Shown piece after piece: positions 46,601-55,989 of a stretch of 64,000 bases of DNA. Each line of letters begins with the position of its first letter. Positions within the stretch are counted from its first letter, which is position 1. Position numbers and translations under genes: made by a program. Source of the stretch: a virus (lineage: Duplodnaviria > Caudoviricetes); the IMG/VR virus record IMGVR_UViG_3300028833_000094, positions 32,001 through 96,000 of that record; one strand, written 5' to 3'. The notes under the pieces are model-generated. The model ran no database searches, was not told the DNA's origin, and worked only from the letters and a program-made list of their open reading frames with translations.

Positions 46601-49600
46601 CCCCAGTTTAATCAATGATGCCTATAAGCAAGCACAAGATAAAATTTCTCAAAAAGAAAAAGACAATAAATCTGATGAGCTCTCGTTGAATATCAAGAAT
46701 GCCAACAATATGGTTGATCTTGACAGAATTTTAAGAGAAGCTTATAATATAAATCCTGAAATAGCTCAGGCTGCTTTAGATAAAGCAAAGCAGACTGCAG
46801 ATGAAGATACTAAGAAATTTATTGATGATTATGAGAAGGCAGTAGACTTCTATGGTAATGTAGCAAGACAGTCCCAAAAACTTGCTCCAGAGATAGCTGC
46901 TGGTGTGCAAGGAACTGCCGAGTCTGAATGGGAGAATGCTTTGCAGGAAGGGGTAGATGTGCAGAATAAGTTTATTAATGGTATGAATGAAGCTGCAGAA
47001 GAATTGGAGAAGAGTGGTGTACCAGGAGCCAAAGAGACAGCCGATGGTATCAGGCAAGTTCTGTCCACACTTAATGCAGCTAAAACTTCTACTGCTACTA
47101 ATAAAAACACAAGGAAATCAACTAAGAAGGGTAATGATGTAGAAGAAGGTGAAGCATCTGAAAAGGAAAAGAAAGGATTTGATGCTCTAAGAGAACGTCT
47201 TGCAGCAAAGAAGGCTAAAGAATCAGAAGAAAATAATAAGAAAGAAGGTACTACTGATACTAAAGACTCTCTTCAGAAAGCTGTAGAGCAAGAGGTCAAA
47301 GACAGTAAACAGAAGAATGGTTCTTATAAGGTAGATGATTTAAAGAAACTATCTAAAGAGCTTCAGGATAGGATTCAGAAGTTTAATGAAGAGAATCCTG
47401 GCAGTGAGTTTTTGGTAGATTTTGAACAACTACTTCAGAATCTTACTGATGAAGATATTGCCAATGATGACGGTAATTTTGCAGATGATGATATAGAAGA
47501 AGACGATACAGATCTTGGAGATGACAATGATGGAAGTGACAGAGCTGAGAAGATGCATGAAAACCTCAGGGTTACTTTCAAGAGTGACAATCCGACAGCC
47601 TATAGACTTTCTGACGGTGATAACTGGTTAGACTATAGAATTCCTTATGAGCCTACTGTAGAAGAGTTAATGGAGAATAATCCTAAACTTACTGAAAGAC
47701 AGGCTCAGGAATTGAAGGAAAGAATAGAAACTGTCCGTAATTTATTACTACAATATAAGGCCTATCAGTTTGTAGATAATAACTATCTTGGCTATGTAGC
47801 AAAAGCTATGGATGGAGAACCTGTAACTGTTCATCTATTAAGAAGCACCGATGATGTCCTTAATAAAGATAAGACTCATCCTATTACTTTCTTGGCTATC
47901 GAATGGAATGACAAAGTTAGGAAGGCTATAGTTGAAAATGGTTTTAATGGTAAGGAAAAAGAATTTAAGGAGAAAGTTAATCCTGTAACTATTAATGGTA
48001 AACAGTACCATATAGTAGGGGTAATGTCCATAAATGGACAGGTAGCACCTGAAGTATCCCAGGCTTTTGCAAGTCTTCAGGGAGCACTTAATCAGGAACT
48101 GAATTCCCAGATAGAAGAGGCTAAAGCTGATAACCAGCCATTTGTTGTAAGTGAAAAAACTACTGTCATTAATAAGATTAATACAGGTAGGCTTGATAAG
48201 AGGAATGATAAGGATGATGACAGGGAAAAGGTAGGACTTTATGAATTTATGACTTCCCAGCAAGGAGACAACTCAAGGACTGTTTCTTCTGAGTGGAGTG
48301 CAGGTATGGACTTTTATTTTGGTACTGTAGTAAATGGTTTGCTTAATGCTGTCGAAGATGAGAAAATCCAAGACCAGATAGAAGAACCAAACTCTACATG
48401 GATGAAGAGAAACAATGGTGCCATAGTAATGTTTATTCCTAAGGCTGATGGTATGCTTTATCCTGTACGAGTAACCAGAAGGACTGTTGCTGACTGGTTA
48501 GAAGCTAATGTTGATGGTAGTCATACTGGAAGACAGCTGCTTAATGCTGTATTAGATGGTAGTGTTAAGAATGAATATCTTGAGAATATCATCAGTTATC
48601 TGAAGAATATTTATGATGAAGATGCTACTATATCCGATAAGATGACTGCCAAGATGATGCTTCAGAAGTATTTCATCTTTAATAGCAGAAAGGATGGTAG
48701 AAATTCTATTCATTTCAATGGTGGAGATATTACCCTCCAGTTTAATGGTAAGGAGTATGATGTAAATAGAGATACTTTTGAAGAATTTGTTACGGCATTC
48801 TTTGATGCCCTTGCTGAAGAGGGCAGAAAGTTTACCCTTCCTGCAACTAGTATTGAGGAAGTAAATGGAAGGGATGTCATAACATCTGGTGTATTTGAAA
48901 TAGGATTAAGAGGTTTCTATAATTTCAATGCCAATTTCACTGTCGTTCCTATTGATGGTACAGGAAACCCTGTAGTTGTAGAAGGTACCTCAAATAATGA
49001 TGACCACTTTACAGGTGGTAATAATATGAATGATAATGAGCGTAAGTATGATTTTGGAGATGGTATGAAAAAATACTATGTTACTCCAGATTCTACTGGA
49101 ACCTTTATTAAAGTTACAGATGAAAGTGGCAAACCAGTATCTACAGACATTCTTAATCTTATCAATTTGATGGAAGCTGCACAAAAAGGAGGACTACCTA
49201 GCTATAAAGAAAGTCAGATTAATGAGAGATATAAACGATCTCCTAAAGTCAGGGATTTTGTTCTTAAAGGGGTCAAAGGATATAATGATATATTCATAAT
49301 TGATGGTGAAGAAAAGTGGATTTATAGAATAGGTGATTCAAGACCTGTTAAGCGTGATAGCGAGGAGGGTCAAAAGTTAATAAATGAAATCAATAGTGCA
49401 ATCGGAACATTTACTGCGGAAAATGCTATTAAGATACAAGAATTGAAGAAAGAAGGTGCTTTACAAACAGAATCTTCTACAGAACAGAAACCTACAAAGA
49501 AAGATGCGGAAGATGCCTTGAGAAATGTAGGAAAGCAAATGAAAGATGCTATGGAGACTTCTGGAGATATAGAAGTAATGGAGTCACTACTTGAATTAGG

Positions 49601-50045
49601 ACAAGTTGCTATTGACCAGGCAAGAGAAGCAGGAGTTGGAGAAGGTATTATTAAAAACATTGAGGGTATCCATAAGGGTCTCCAAGTTAAATACAATAAC
49701 TATAAGAAGGCAGCTGATAAAGCTAAAGAAGGTGCTAATACTGGAGAACAGGAGACTCCTAAGATGTTTGATGGGAAAACTATTGATGACTTAGATGCAA
49801 AGAATGGAGGTTTGGAAGCACTTCTTGTAACTAATAAGAAGAGTCCTATTATTAAAGGTACTAAAGAAAAGAACGGAAGGTCTGCAAGAATGGGAGTATG
49901 GGAAGCTCTTCAAAGTGCAGAATCAATAGGTAAGCCTATAGATAAAGATGATATAGCAAGGAGGATACAAGCTATATTAGATGCAGATAAGAGCCAGAAA
50001 GAGCAGATGCTTGCAGATTTAGTTCATGATATTACTTGTGGGTAA
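43629..50045 (+). CDS. very large cargo/virion protein
   Basis: 2138 aa; N-terminal Gly/Ala hydrophobic segments (RAENQPW..GIGKAG; EGLEEYLQ), long coiled coils; no RNAP DxDxD motif seen. Confidence 0.65.
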   Translation: MSKTAKQKPVDITKTGPMTFRQLQDANDNTLSSLSPEFLQFSQGIDQAYAPVSLYDAGSHAQQDIMSPLSQQQTYSGNQDYWGRSHYDNSSATEAQFSRLGDIRAENQPWYSKLLNGIGKAGVLAGTTALETAGLLYGAGHSLLETAGVIEDDNKSWVQNLWDNPITNALQKVTEASEELMPNYYTQDEIENPFGNIFTANFLGDKLLKNLGFMVGAFYGGIPASTLIGKVGTAAVKGARAASLAERAGMAARVGELTAKYGDDVAGLERALAREGLTEAERGKRILEGFDKVRNAAQTTRATTQTIGSLGSAINEGAIEALNNSKDWAKMATRQENERYQTELQEELAKIENALGGTEMEESVKTAKRMELAEKHTKQLEEIEKGRAKMGNADLLLNIPVLMASNMYQLGKLYTRGFDSTRRQMGSLFNGHRISGDLAKGTLKSDKTWKGAVGTALLKSNTEGLEEYLQRAASDGAGNAVNESIQRFFDAGQNGEAKTDVDDYIAGFGKAIATNLGDPNAWEEYMIGALSSMIGMPVFGSQTKNAYMKLGPVGFAGGIVGNYNDYMDAKKHENEVAQYLNGRVKDPKFKALYDNLKKQQDYDKWLQEEIAKGDKSKYKDLELESFYKDLNAAASSGHLEEFKQLVGYNTDYTDEELEDIVKQTSTEITPEQQKKQDEDRKAYLEGQIAEFNKLDRALTPEESKVYDELEEVNKRIEEDNYQKKLEGPFIDRNGQMNVTNPGKMREILDRNRQNLLQGIDDYLKIRNDIDIETDGRLDDEQIELLTQMKGKVLSYERRSAEMAEDLIDNLKDVKAAQEIAKERIKADLESAQKKYNEAKEHWEKVKNGKHSQEHKNDVEKKLLAAEKKLNKAKVADRSVDNVLKLLQMLTEEKDTSARERIAEARGYGEGSLYSLSEALAVGQKRKINSDEAQAILANPQNAMALVSILNSRNSGLDEEVKDKAIQEAVDLSILANQKMAYNKKVREFLGDPSLINDAYKQAQDKISQKEKDNKSDELSLNIKNANNMVDLDRILREAYNINPEIAQAALDKAKQTADEDTKKFIDDYEKAVDFYGNVARQSQKLAPEIAAGVQGTAESEWENALQEGVDVQNKFINGMNEAAEELEKSGVPGAKETADGIRQVLSTLNAAKTSTATNKNTRKSTKKGNDVEEGEASEKEKKGFDALRERLAAKKAKESEENNKKEGTTDTKDSLQKAVEQEVKDSKQKNGSYKVDDLKKLSKELQDRIQKFNEENPGSEFLVDFEQLLQNLTDEDIANDDGNFADDDIEEDDTDLGDDNDGSDRAEKMHENLRVTFKSDNPTAYRLSDGDNWLDYRIPYEPTVEELMENNPKLTERQAQELKERIETVRNLLLQYKAYQFVDNNYLGYVAKAMDGEPVTVHLLRSTDDVLNKDKTHPITFLAIEWNDKVRKAIVENGFNGKEKEFKEKVNPVTINGKQYHIVGVMSINGQVAPEVSQAFASLQGALNQELNSQIEEAKADNQPFVVSEKTTVINKINTGRLDKRNDKDDDREKVGLYEFMTSQQGDNSRTVSSEWSAGMDFYFGTVVNGLLNAVEDEKIQDQIEEPNSTWMKRNNGAIVMFIPKADGMLYPVRVTRRTVADWLEANVDGSHTGRQLLNAVLDGSVKNEYLENIISYLKNIYDEDATISDKMTAKMMLQKYFIFNSRKDGRNSIHFNGGDITLQFNGKEYDVNRDTFEEFVTAFFDALAEEGRKFTLPATSIEEVNGRDVITSGVFEIGLRGFYNFNANFTVVPIDGTGNPVVVEGTSNNDDHFTGGNNMNDNERKYDFGDGMKKYYVTPDSTGTFIKVTDESGKPVSTDILNLINLMEAAQKGGLPSYKESQINERYKRSPKVRDFVLKGVKGYNDIFIIDGEEKWIYRIGDSRPVKRDSEEGQKLINEINSAIGTFTAENAIKIQELKKEGALQTESSTEQKPTKKDAEDALRNVGKQMKDAMETSGDIEVMESLLELGQVAIDQAREAGVGEGIIKNIEGIHKGLQVKYNNYKKAADKAKEGANTGEQETPKMFDGKTIDDLDAKNGGLEALLVTNKKSPIIKGTKEKNGRSARMGVWEALQSAESIGKPIDKDDIARRIQAILDADKSQKEQMLADLVHDITCG

Positions 50046-50077
50046 AAAGAAAGGTGAGTCGTTTGGCTCACCTTTTT
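50044..50077. terminator. bidirectional terminator between convergent genes
   Basis: AAAGGTGAGTC-GTTT-GGCTCACCTTT, A-rich on the left and T-rich on the right. Confidence 0.8.
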
Positions 50078-50098
50078 AATTAATTCTAAATCTAAGTA

Positions 50099-51706
50099 TT
50101 ACTTATGCTTCCATTTTCTAGCATTTAATGCAAAGGTGGCCATCTTCTTTTGAGCAGGAGTTCCATGAGCTTTAAACCAAGAAGTAGAATGTCCTGTTCT
50201 CTTTTTTAAAGCAGTGAATTTTCCTCTATTTTCAGGCTTTATATGGATACCTCCTCCTTTGGAGAAGGGGTTGCCTGTAAGTAATCCTATGGTACTGAGG
50301 AAGGAATCTTCTTCTTGAGGATATGGATTGGTGAGATTCAGGATTCTATTAAAAGTAGAAAGCCTGTTCATTCTCTCTTGCCTATCTATTTCCTCTGGAC
50401 TGTATGGGGATATAACTACTGGCTCTTGAACTTCTGGCTCTTCAACAACTACAGGTTGCTGATAGGTATCAGGGGTAGCAAAGAAAACTTCTGGATTGAA
50501 GGGAGTGAATGGGATAGGGGATTCTAGGAATTCCTGGGATATACTGGGATTTATGGGGGCTATGGGAGTAGTGGGAGGGGTAGAAGGCTTAGCAGAAGCT
50601 ATAGGCTGATTGTTAAATCTCACTGTTCCCATACCAGCCCTGCTTCTCATGCCATTGATATAATTCTGCATGTGCTGTCTCTGGGCAGCTTTCCATTGAG
50701 GACTCTTCGGGTCATACTTCACTTTGTCTGTAACATAGTAAAGATAGCCTTTACCAGCAGTTTCTGGATTACCTAAGATAGTAGCATATTCATCAATATT
50801 CTTAGCTCCTAATGCAGACTTAAACTTGGAATTCATCATCTTCCATTTATCCTGCATATAGTCCTCTACAGTATTGTATTTAATGTTCTTACCTCCTCTC
50901 TGCATACCACCAAAGTTATTCTTTTCTCTGGCAGCATTGCTTTTTCCTCCAGCACTTTCAAGGTCATCCTGTGCTGTGAAGAACCCAGAAAGTCTTGCAG
51001 AATCTGCATCGCTTAATCCTTTATTCTTAAGAAAGTTATACCACCTGTTCTGATGTTGCTGATACCATCCTGATGTAACTTTCTTCTTTGGACCACCTTT
51101 AACAAACTTATTACCATATATAGTAACATTAGGCAGAACTCCTCCCCAAGGAATACCATCATAAATAGGTAGGCTACCATCAGCTTCTCGGAGCTGTACC
51201 CCATTATCTTCAGCATTCTCCAAATACCATTTCCTATCATCCATACTGACAGGTCCTCTATAACCATCGGGAGACATAGTAAAGACTTTATAGTCTGGAG
51301 ACCATGTTCCACCTGTTAGTCCTTTAGGATTGGTTTTGGGATTTCTTACTCCTGAGTAAATACTACCATCATTTCCAATACTCTTTGAACTAAATGTAGG
51401 ATGATATACTGTTTTAAACTCATCAGAGAAATGTGCAGTAGGATCACCATTCAGCATTTTCCAGGCTTCTTCGGGATACTTATTAAAGAAAGCTTCATAG
51501 TCATAGGTATTGTCTTCATCAGGCTTAATACCCATGTATTCTGATATCTGTTTCTTCCAGCCATTATAGCTCCAATCAGTATCTCCACCTTCAGCAAATT
51601 CATTGTATTCTCTCTTAATATCTTGAAGATTAGTAATACCATTCTTGACAGCTACTCTCATCATAGCTGCCTTCTCAGTCAAAGATAAATTATCCCAATT
51701 ACCCAT
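50099..51706 (-). CDS. modular virion-associated protein with GH73/glucosaminidase-like domain
   Basis: AQDDLESAGG..NNFGGM..Y..VEDY lysozyme-fold motif; C-terminal GGGIHIKPENRGKF..FALNARKWKH; FxxGG repeats; promoter TACTTTTG at 51725-51732 (-). Confidence 0.6.
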   Translation of the reverse strand: MGNWDNLSLTEKAAMMRVAVKNGITNLQDIKREYNEFAEGGDTDWSYNGWKKQISEYMGIKPDEDNTYDYEAFFNKYPEEAWKMLNGDPTAHFSDEFKTVYHPTFSSKSIGNDGSIYSGVRNPKTNPKGLTGGTWSPDYKVFTMSPDGYRGPVSMDDRKWYLENAEDNGVQLREADGSLPIYDGIPWGGVLPNVTIYGNKFVKGGPKKKVTSGWYQQHQNRWYNFLKNKGLSDADSARLSGFFTAQDDLESAGGKSNAAREKNNFGGMQRGGKNIKYNTVEDYMQDKWKMMNSKFKSALGAKNIDEYATILGNPETAGKGYLYYVTDKVKYDPKSPQWKAAQRQHMQNYINGMRSRAGMGTVRFNNQPIASAKPSTPPTTPIAPINPSISQEFLESPIPFTPFNPEVFFATPDTYQQPVVVEEPEVQEPVVISPYSPEEIDRQERMNRLSTFNRILNLTNPYPQEEDSFLSTIGLLTGNPFSKGGGIHIKPENRGKFTALKKRTGHSTSWFKAHGTPAQKKMATFALNARKWKHK

Positions 51707-51859
51707 AGTTAATCTCTTTTGCTGCAAAAGTAAAAAATTCCCGTGATAGTACCAAAACCTTACGGGATTTCTTATTCATTTAGAAAGTATTTATTAGGGA
51801 TTCAGTTAAAAGGATACAGGATATTTGGTTATCCAGTACCTTTGTGCTGGAGATAAGAT

Positions 51860-52066
51860 ATGGTGTTCATAATTCTCTATATGATAGGAGTGCTGGTTGC
51901 ATGGGTACAACTGCAGTACTGGTTTAAGGACAGGATACTTCTCAATGAAGACTTTCAAGTCCTTACAGCCCTGAGTTTCCTGTCCTGGCTGGTATATCCT
52001 ATATATCTGATAGCTTATTTAATGGATTACTTAGACAGTAGCGAAGATGACAGTAAACGCGATTGA
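51860..52066 (+). CDS. small 2-TM membrane protein
   Basis: hydrophobic segments; promoter TACCTTTG at 51837. Confidence 0.65.
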   Translation: MVFIILYMIGVLVAWVQLQYWFKDRILLNEDFQVLTALSFLSWLVYPIYLIAYLMDYLDSSEDDSKRD

Positions 52067-52433
52067 GCAAGGAATTTCTCAAAAATGGAAAGATAGATTC
52101 CAGTACGGAGCAGCTGGGTTTTTGATAATTACGGCAGTTACATTGGCCTTTGTCTCCTTTATTATCACCCTGACAGTAGGAGCAGGAGTGATAGCATGGG
52201 GAGGTCTGTCAATGGGAACTGCCTTAACGTTGATAGGTGGTGGAATGTACTTCCATAATCAACTGGTCACTTTTGAAACCAATGCCAACAGGAAGATGGA
52301 AGAAGTGACAACTCATGTAGAAAAGGAGATTAGAAGGATGAATCAGAAGCCCAGCAGGTATTCAAGAATGTCTCCTGAAATGCCAGAGAAAGATTACTTT
52401 GACCCAGAAGAGCAAGACTTAGATGGACAGTAA
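52047..52433 (+). CDS. probable holin
   Basis: two TM helices, charged C-terminus, overlaps amidase start. Confidence 0.6.
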   Translation: MTVNAIEQGISQKWKDRFQYGAAGFLIITAVTLAFVSFIITLTVGAGVIAWGGLSMGTALTLIGGGMYFHNQLVTFETNANRKMEEVTTHVEKEIRRMNQKPSRYSRMSPEMPEKDYFDPEEQDLDGQ

Positions 52434-53073
52434 AAGCAATTTCATTATTATATTAGGTACAGCTCACAGGATGAGAGAGCCAGGGAAACAGTCTCCTGAT
52501 GGCAGGTTAAAGGAGTGTATCTATTCAAGGGAAATTGCTTCAGAAGTAGCAGCTAAGCTCAGAGCTTATGGTTATAAGGTGGAGGTAGACTATATGCCAT
52601 TGGACTTACCAAAGACTATGCAGTCACCTAACTATAAGCAGGAGCGGAGTAATGAGCTGGCTATGAGAGTTAACTATGTAAATGAGGTATGTAGGCAGCA
52701 TGGAGCTAAGAATGTGCTGTATGTGAGTATTCATGTTAATGCCATAGGTAATGATGGTAAGTGGCACAATGCCTGTGGGTGGCAGGTGAATGTCAGTAAC
52801 AATGCCTCACAGAACAGTAAGAGACTTGCAGAATGTTTCTTTGATGCAGCCTCAGCTCATGGTTTGAAGACAAGGAAGCCTACAGCAACTCAGAAATATT
52901 GGCCTCAAAGTCTTTATGTATTGAACAATACCAAATGTCCTGCTGTCCTTACAGAGAATCTATTCCAGGATAATAAGCAGGATACAGAATATCTTTTGTC
53001 AGATGTAGGGAAGCATCAGATAGAGAGAATCCATGTAGAAGGAATTATTAGTTATCTAAATAATAGGGTGTAA
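52423..53073 (+). CDS. N-acetylmuramoyl-L-alanine amidase (Amidase_3) endolysin
   Basis: IILGTAH..GKQSPDG..E; VSIHVNA; PAVLTEN Zn and catalytic motifs. Confidence 0.88.
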   Translation: MDSKSNFIIILGTAHRMREPGKQSPDGRLKECIYSREIASEVAAKLRAYGYKVEVDYMPLDLPKTMQSPNYKQERSNELAMRVNYVNEVCRQHGAKNVLYVSIHVNAIGNDGKWHNACGWQVNVSNNASQNSKRLAECFFDAASAHGLKTRKPTATQKYWPQSLYVLNNTKCPAVLTENLFQDNKQDTEYLLSDVGKHQIERIHVEGIISYLNNRV

Positions 53074-53171
53074 TTGTTGTTTTTTTGAAAGTTAGTTAGT
53101 AATGTGGTGATTGATTAGTTTTTCATTAATTGATTAAATTTTCATTAGTTAGAAATTAGATTAAACATTGT

Positions 53172-53202
53172 AAAAGGGAGGCTGTGAAGTTTCCCTTTTT
53201 TA
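53172..53202 (+). terminator. intrinsic terminator with GUGA loop
   Basis: AAAAGGGAGGCT-GTGA-AGTTTCCCTTTT-TT. Confidence 0.75.
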
Positions 53203-53290
53203 TTTAGCTGCGATATAATCGCAACATACTCTATGTATTATCCTGTTAACTTGCTGAGAGCTAGCAGGTTTTTTGTATTTATTGGCATTG

Positions 53291-53322
53291 TTTGAGGAGC
53301 CTTTTATTTGTGCCTATCTTTG
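53291..53322 (+). promoter_or_regulatory. promoter of the CCC-protein cassette
   Basis: TTTG-N20-TATCTTTG. Confidence 0.75.
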
Positions 53323-53405
53323 CAATGTTCTTGCAAGGATAATGCTGTAGTTAAACTGCAGCCTACTGACAAATTAATTTTTTAACCGATTAAAATTTTA
53401 GAACA

Positions 53406-54386
53406 ATGGCACAAAATGAAGGTGTTTATGTTTTCCCAGATGCAATGGCAAAAGCTTCTGGTATTGATCCTGGTCTGCTTGCACTGTTGAACCAGAATGG
53501 TGGTTTTGGTGGTAATGGCAACTGGATTTGGATTCTCTTCCTCTGGTTCCTTTATGGTAACAATGGTTGGGGAAATAATGGTTTTGGCAGTAACAATGGT
53601 ACTGGTTATCTTGCCAATCAGATTTCTAACTCAGAAGGTCGTGATTTACTGTTGCAGGCTATTAATGGCAGAGCTGATGCTGCTGCTCAGTTGGCAAGTA
53701 TTACTAACACATCTGTAGAGACTGTGAAGAATGGTATCTTCTCTCTACAGAATTCCATCAACCAGGTAGGTAATCAGGTAGGTCTCTCTGGAATGCAGAC
53801 TATCAATGCTATCCAGGCTGGTGATGCTGCCCTTGGAAGACAGTTGTGTGAGTGCTGCTGCAATATGAGGTATGACCTTTCTCAGCAGACCAATGCTTTA
53901 CAGGCTCAGGCAGCTAATAACTTTGCTGCTTCACAACTCCAGGCTGCTCAGAATCAAGCTGCTACACAGCTTCAGATGGCTCAGATTGAAAGTGCAGACC
54001 AGCTTGCTGTATGTCAGCAGACTAATGCCCTCTCTTCTCAGGCTGCCAATAACACCAATAATATCCTTGGTGCTATTCAGGCCCAGAATGCTATGATTAC
54101 CAAGGAATTCTGTGACCTTAAGGAGCGTGAACTCCAGAATAAGATTGATACACAGGGTGACATCATTACCCAGTTGAGGAATCAGATTTCCAATGACCAT
54201 CAGACTCTGCAATTCAATGCTGCCTTCCATGCACTGGATGATAAGGTAGATGCTATTGCTGCCAAGCAGCCAAATACTGTACCAGTAACTTGGCCTAATC
54301 TTGTGGCAGTGAACAACACTCCTTATGTTGGTGGTGGATTCAATCCTTGGGGATATGCATCAGGTGGTACTAGCTATTGGGGATAA
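53406..54386 (+). CDS. Gly/Asn-rich, Trp-rich hydrophobic segment plus Q/A/N coiled-coil protein with CECCC
   Basis: GGFGGNGNWIWILFLWFLYGNNGWG; LCECCC; heptads; high-expression codon bias. Confidence 0.8.
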   Translation: MAQNEGVYVFPDAMAKASGIDPGLLALLNQNGGFGGNGNWIWILFLWFLYGNNGWGNNGFGSNNGTGYLANQISNSEGRDLLLQAINGRADAAAQLASITNTSVETVKNGIFSLQNSINQVGNQVGLSGMQTINAIQAGDAALGRQLCECCCNMRYDLSQQTNALQAQAANNFAASQLQAAQNQAATQLQMAQIESADQLAVCQQTNALSSQAANNTNNILGAIQAQNAMITKEFCDLKERELQNKIDTQGDIITQLRNQISNDHQTLQFNAAFHALDDKVDAIAAKQPNTVPVTWPNLVAVNNTPYVGGGFNPWGYASGGTSYWG

Positions 54387-54403
54387 TTAAAAGGTTTTGA
54401 GCA

Positions 54404-54739
54404 ATGGCAAGATTTCCATATCAGTATGCCAATATCAATGGCATCCCATGTATCAAAACCCAATCTGTAGCAGTATCAGACACAGCTGTTACCTTTAAGT
54501 TTGCTCCTGACTTTGACGGAAGACCTTTCAGAGGATTGATTCTGGTCTATATCTCTGAGGCTATTCCTGAAGGAACTACAACCACTCTGCCTATACAGTT
54601 CTCTATGGCTGGTATCACCAGTACACTGACTGCAGCAGGTGGAGCCAATGTAACAGTAGCAGACTTACCTGGAACAGGAATCTATCTGGTTTACTTTGAC
54701 AGGTGGGCAGATACATTACAGTTAATGAGTAATATCTAG
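54404..54739 (+). CDS. small beta-sandwich protein
   Basis: alternating beta pattern; GIYLVYFD C-terminus. Confidence 0.75.
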   Translation: MARFPYQYANINGIPCIKTQSVAVSDTAVTFKFAPDFDGRPFRGLILVYISEAIPEGTTTTLPIQFSMAGITSTLTAAGGANVTVADLPGTGIYLVYFDRWADTLQLMSNI

Positions 54740-54764
54740 TGAGTAATTTTTAAAGTTAATAACC

Positions 54765-55253
54765 ATGTTTTCAAATTTAAGCAAAGGCAGTGTCTTGTAT
54801 GGACTTGAGACTAAGGGAGAGATAAAACTGTTTACAGCCCCTATAGAAAGTGTGAGCCTGCCTTATCCCAAACAGAGAAGCAATATTTTCGGACAGATGC
54901 CAGAAATGGTAGTGGATATAGTTGCCACAGTGAATGGTGAAAGGAAAGAGTTCAAGCAAGTGCCTAGTAACAGTGCTATTGCTGACTTTGGTAATGATAC
55001 TTTTGTATTGGCTGATGGCAGAGATTCTCTCAATGGTCATGTGAATTCCATGCTACAGAACAGTAGAAATATTGTGAATAGTGTGGAGAAGCACAAGGCA
55101 TTGATTTCCCAGTATGAAGATGTACTTGGCTATCTCAATCCTGGACAGGCTAATGACAGTGCTGTAAAGGAACTGAGAGGTCAGGTAGAAGATATGAAGA
55201 CTCAAATGGCAGAGATGCTGTCTTTGCTTAAAGAGAAGACATCCAGTAAATAG
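54765..55253 (+). CDS. beta-domain plus coiled-coil protein
   Basis: MFSNLSKGSVLY.. with C-terminal heptads. Confidence 0.75.
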   Translation: MFSNLSKGSVLYGLETKGEIKLFTAPIESVSLPYPKQRSNIFGQMPEMVVDIVATVNGERKEFKQVPSNSAIADFGNDTFVLADGRDSLNGHVNSMLQNSRNIVNSVEKHKALISQYEDVLGYLNPGQANDSAVKELRGQVEDMKTQMAEMLSLLKEKTSSK

Positions 55254-55262
55254 TTCAAGATT

Positions 55263-55487
55263 ATGATGGTAATTAAATTTAGAAGCAGTGAGGAACATGA
55301 GGACCTGCTGAAGAAAGTGAAGAAGATGAAGAAATTCACTGAGGATTTGGAGGAATGCCTTGAAGAGGCTATGGAGGATGATTTTGAGTATCGTGGTGGC
55401 AGTTATCGCAAGGAATATGATGAGGATGACATGAAGCACTATGAGAGGATGAATGGTCGCTATGGCTATCGTAAGGGCAGAATGTAA
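55263..55487 (+). CDS. small charged protein with R/G/Y-rich tail
   Basis: YRGGSYR..GRYGYRKGRM. Confidence 0.7.
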   Translation: MMVIKFRSSEEHEDLLKKVKKMKKFTEDLEECLEEAMEDDFEYRGGSYRKEYDEDDMKHYERMNGRYGYRKGRM

Positions 55488-55541
55488 TTAATCAGGGTGG
55501 GGTGGATAGTATCCACCTCATCCATTTAAAACCTTATAGCT

Positions 55542-55958
55542 ATGTATTTCAGAAACACTGGTAGTTATGATGAGATTCCTGAAGGAATGAAGCTGTACCT
55601 TAATAACTATGGCTGTCATTTCAACAAGAAGCTCTGTATGGAGGCAGTAAGCAGGATGTACACAGAGGAGAATGGTAAGAAGAAGAAACTGAAGCCTTAT
55701 ACAAAGGAACAGGTGGATGACTTGCTTTCTTCCTATGACATAGAGCTGAAACATAATAAGATGTATGATGCTTGTTATGTTGCCAATATGTGTGCAAATG
55801 ATTTCCTTGAGAAGTCTGTACCTGATGAGAAGCATCTGGCTATGTATGTAAAGGACTTACTGGATGATCCTGATGCTGAAGAAGGATTTGTGTTTAACAG
55901 ATTCTATGCTGATACTATGTTTATGAACAATCCTATTGATTGGGAGGAAATGGTTTAA
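55542..55958 (+). CDS. helical protein, paralog of 9901..10212
   Basis: YGCHFNKKLC..YVANM..DDPD..F.RFYAD..IDWEEM. Confidence 0.75.
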   Translation: MYFRNTGSYDEIPEGMKLYLNNYGCHFNKKLCMEAVSRMYTEENGKKKKLKPYTKEQVDDLLSSYDIELKHNKMYDACYVANMCANDFLEKSVPDEKHLAMYVKDLLDDPDAEEGFVFNRFYADTMFMNNPIDWEEMV

Positions 55959-55989
55959 GTAGTCACATAGTGACTACCTACTGTAAATT

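Noticed and set aside
43629-50045. Possible virion RNA polymerase
   Set aside because: No DFDxD catalytic motif found; the polymerase gene, if present, is outside the window
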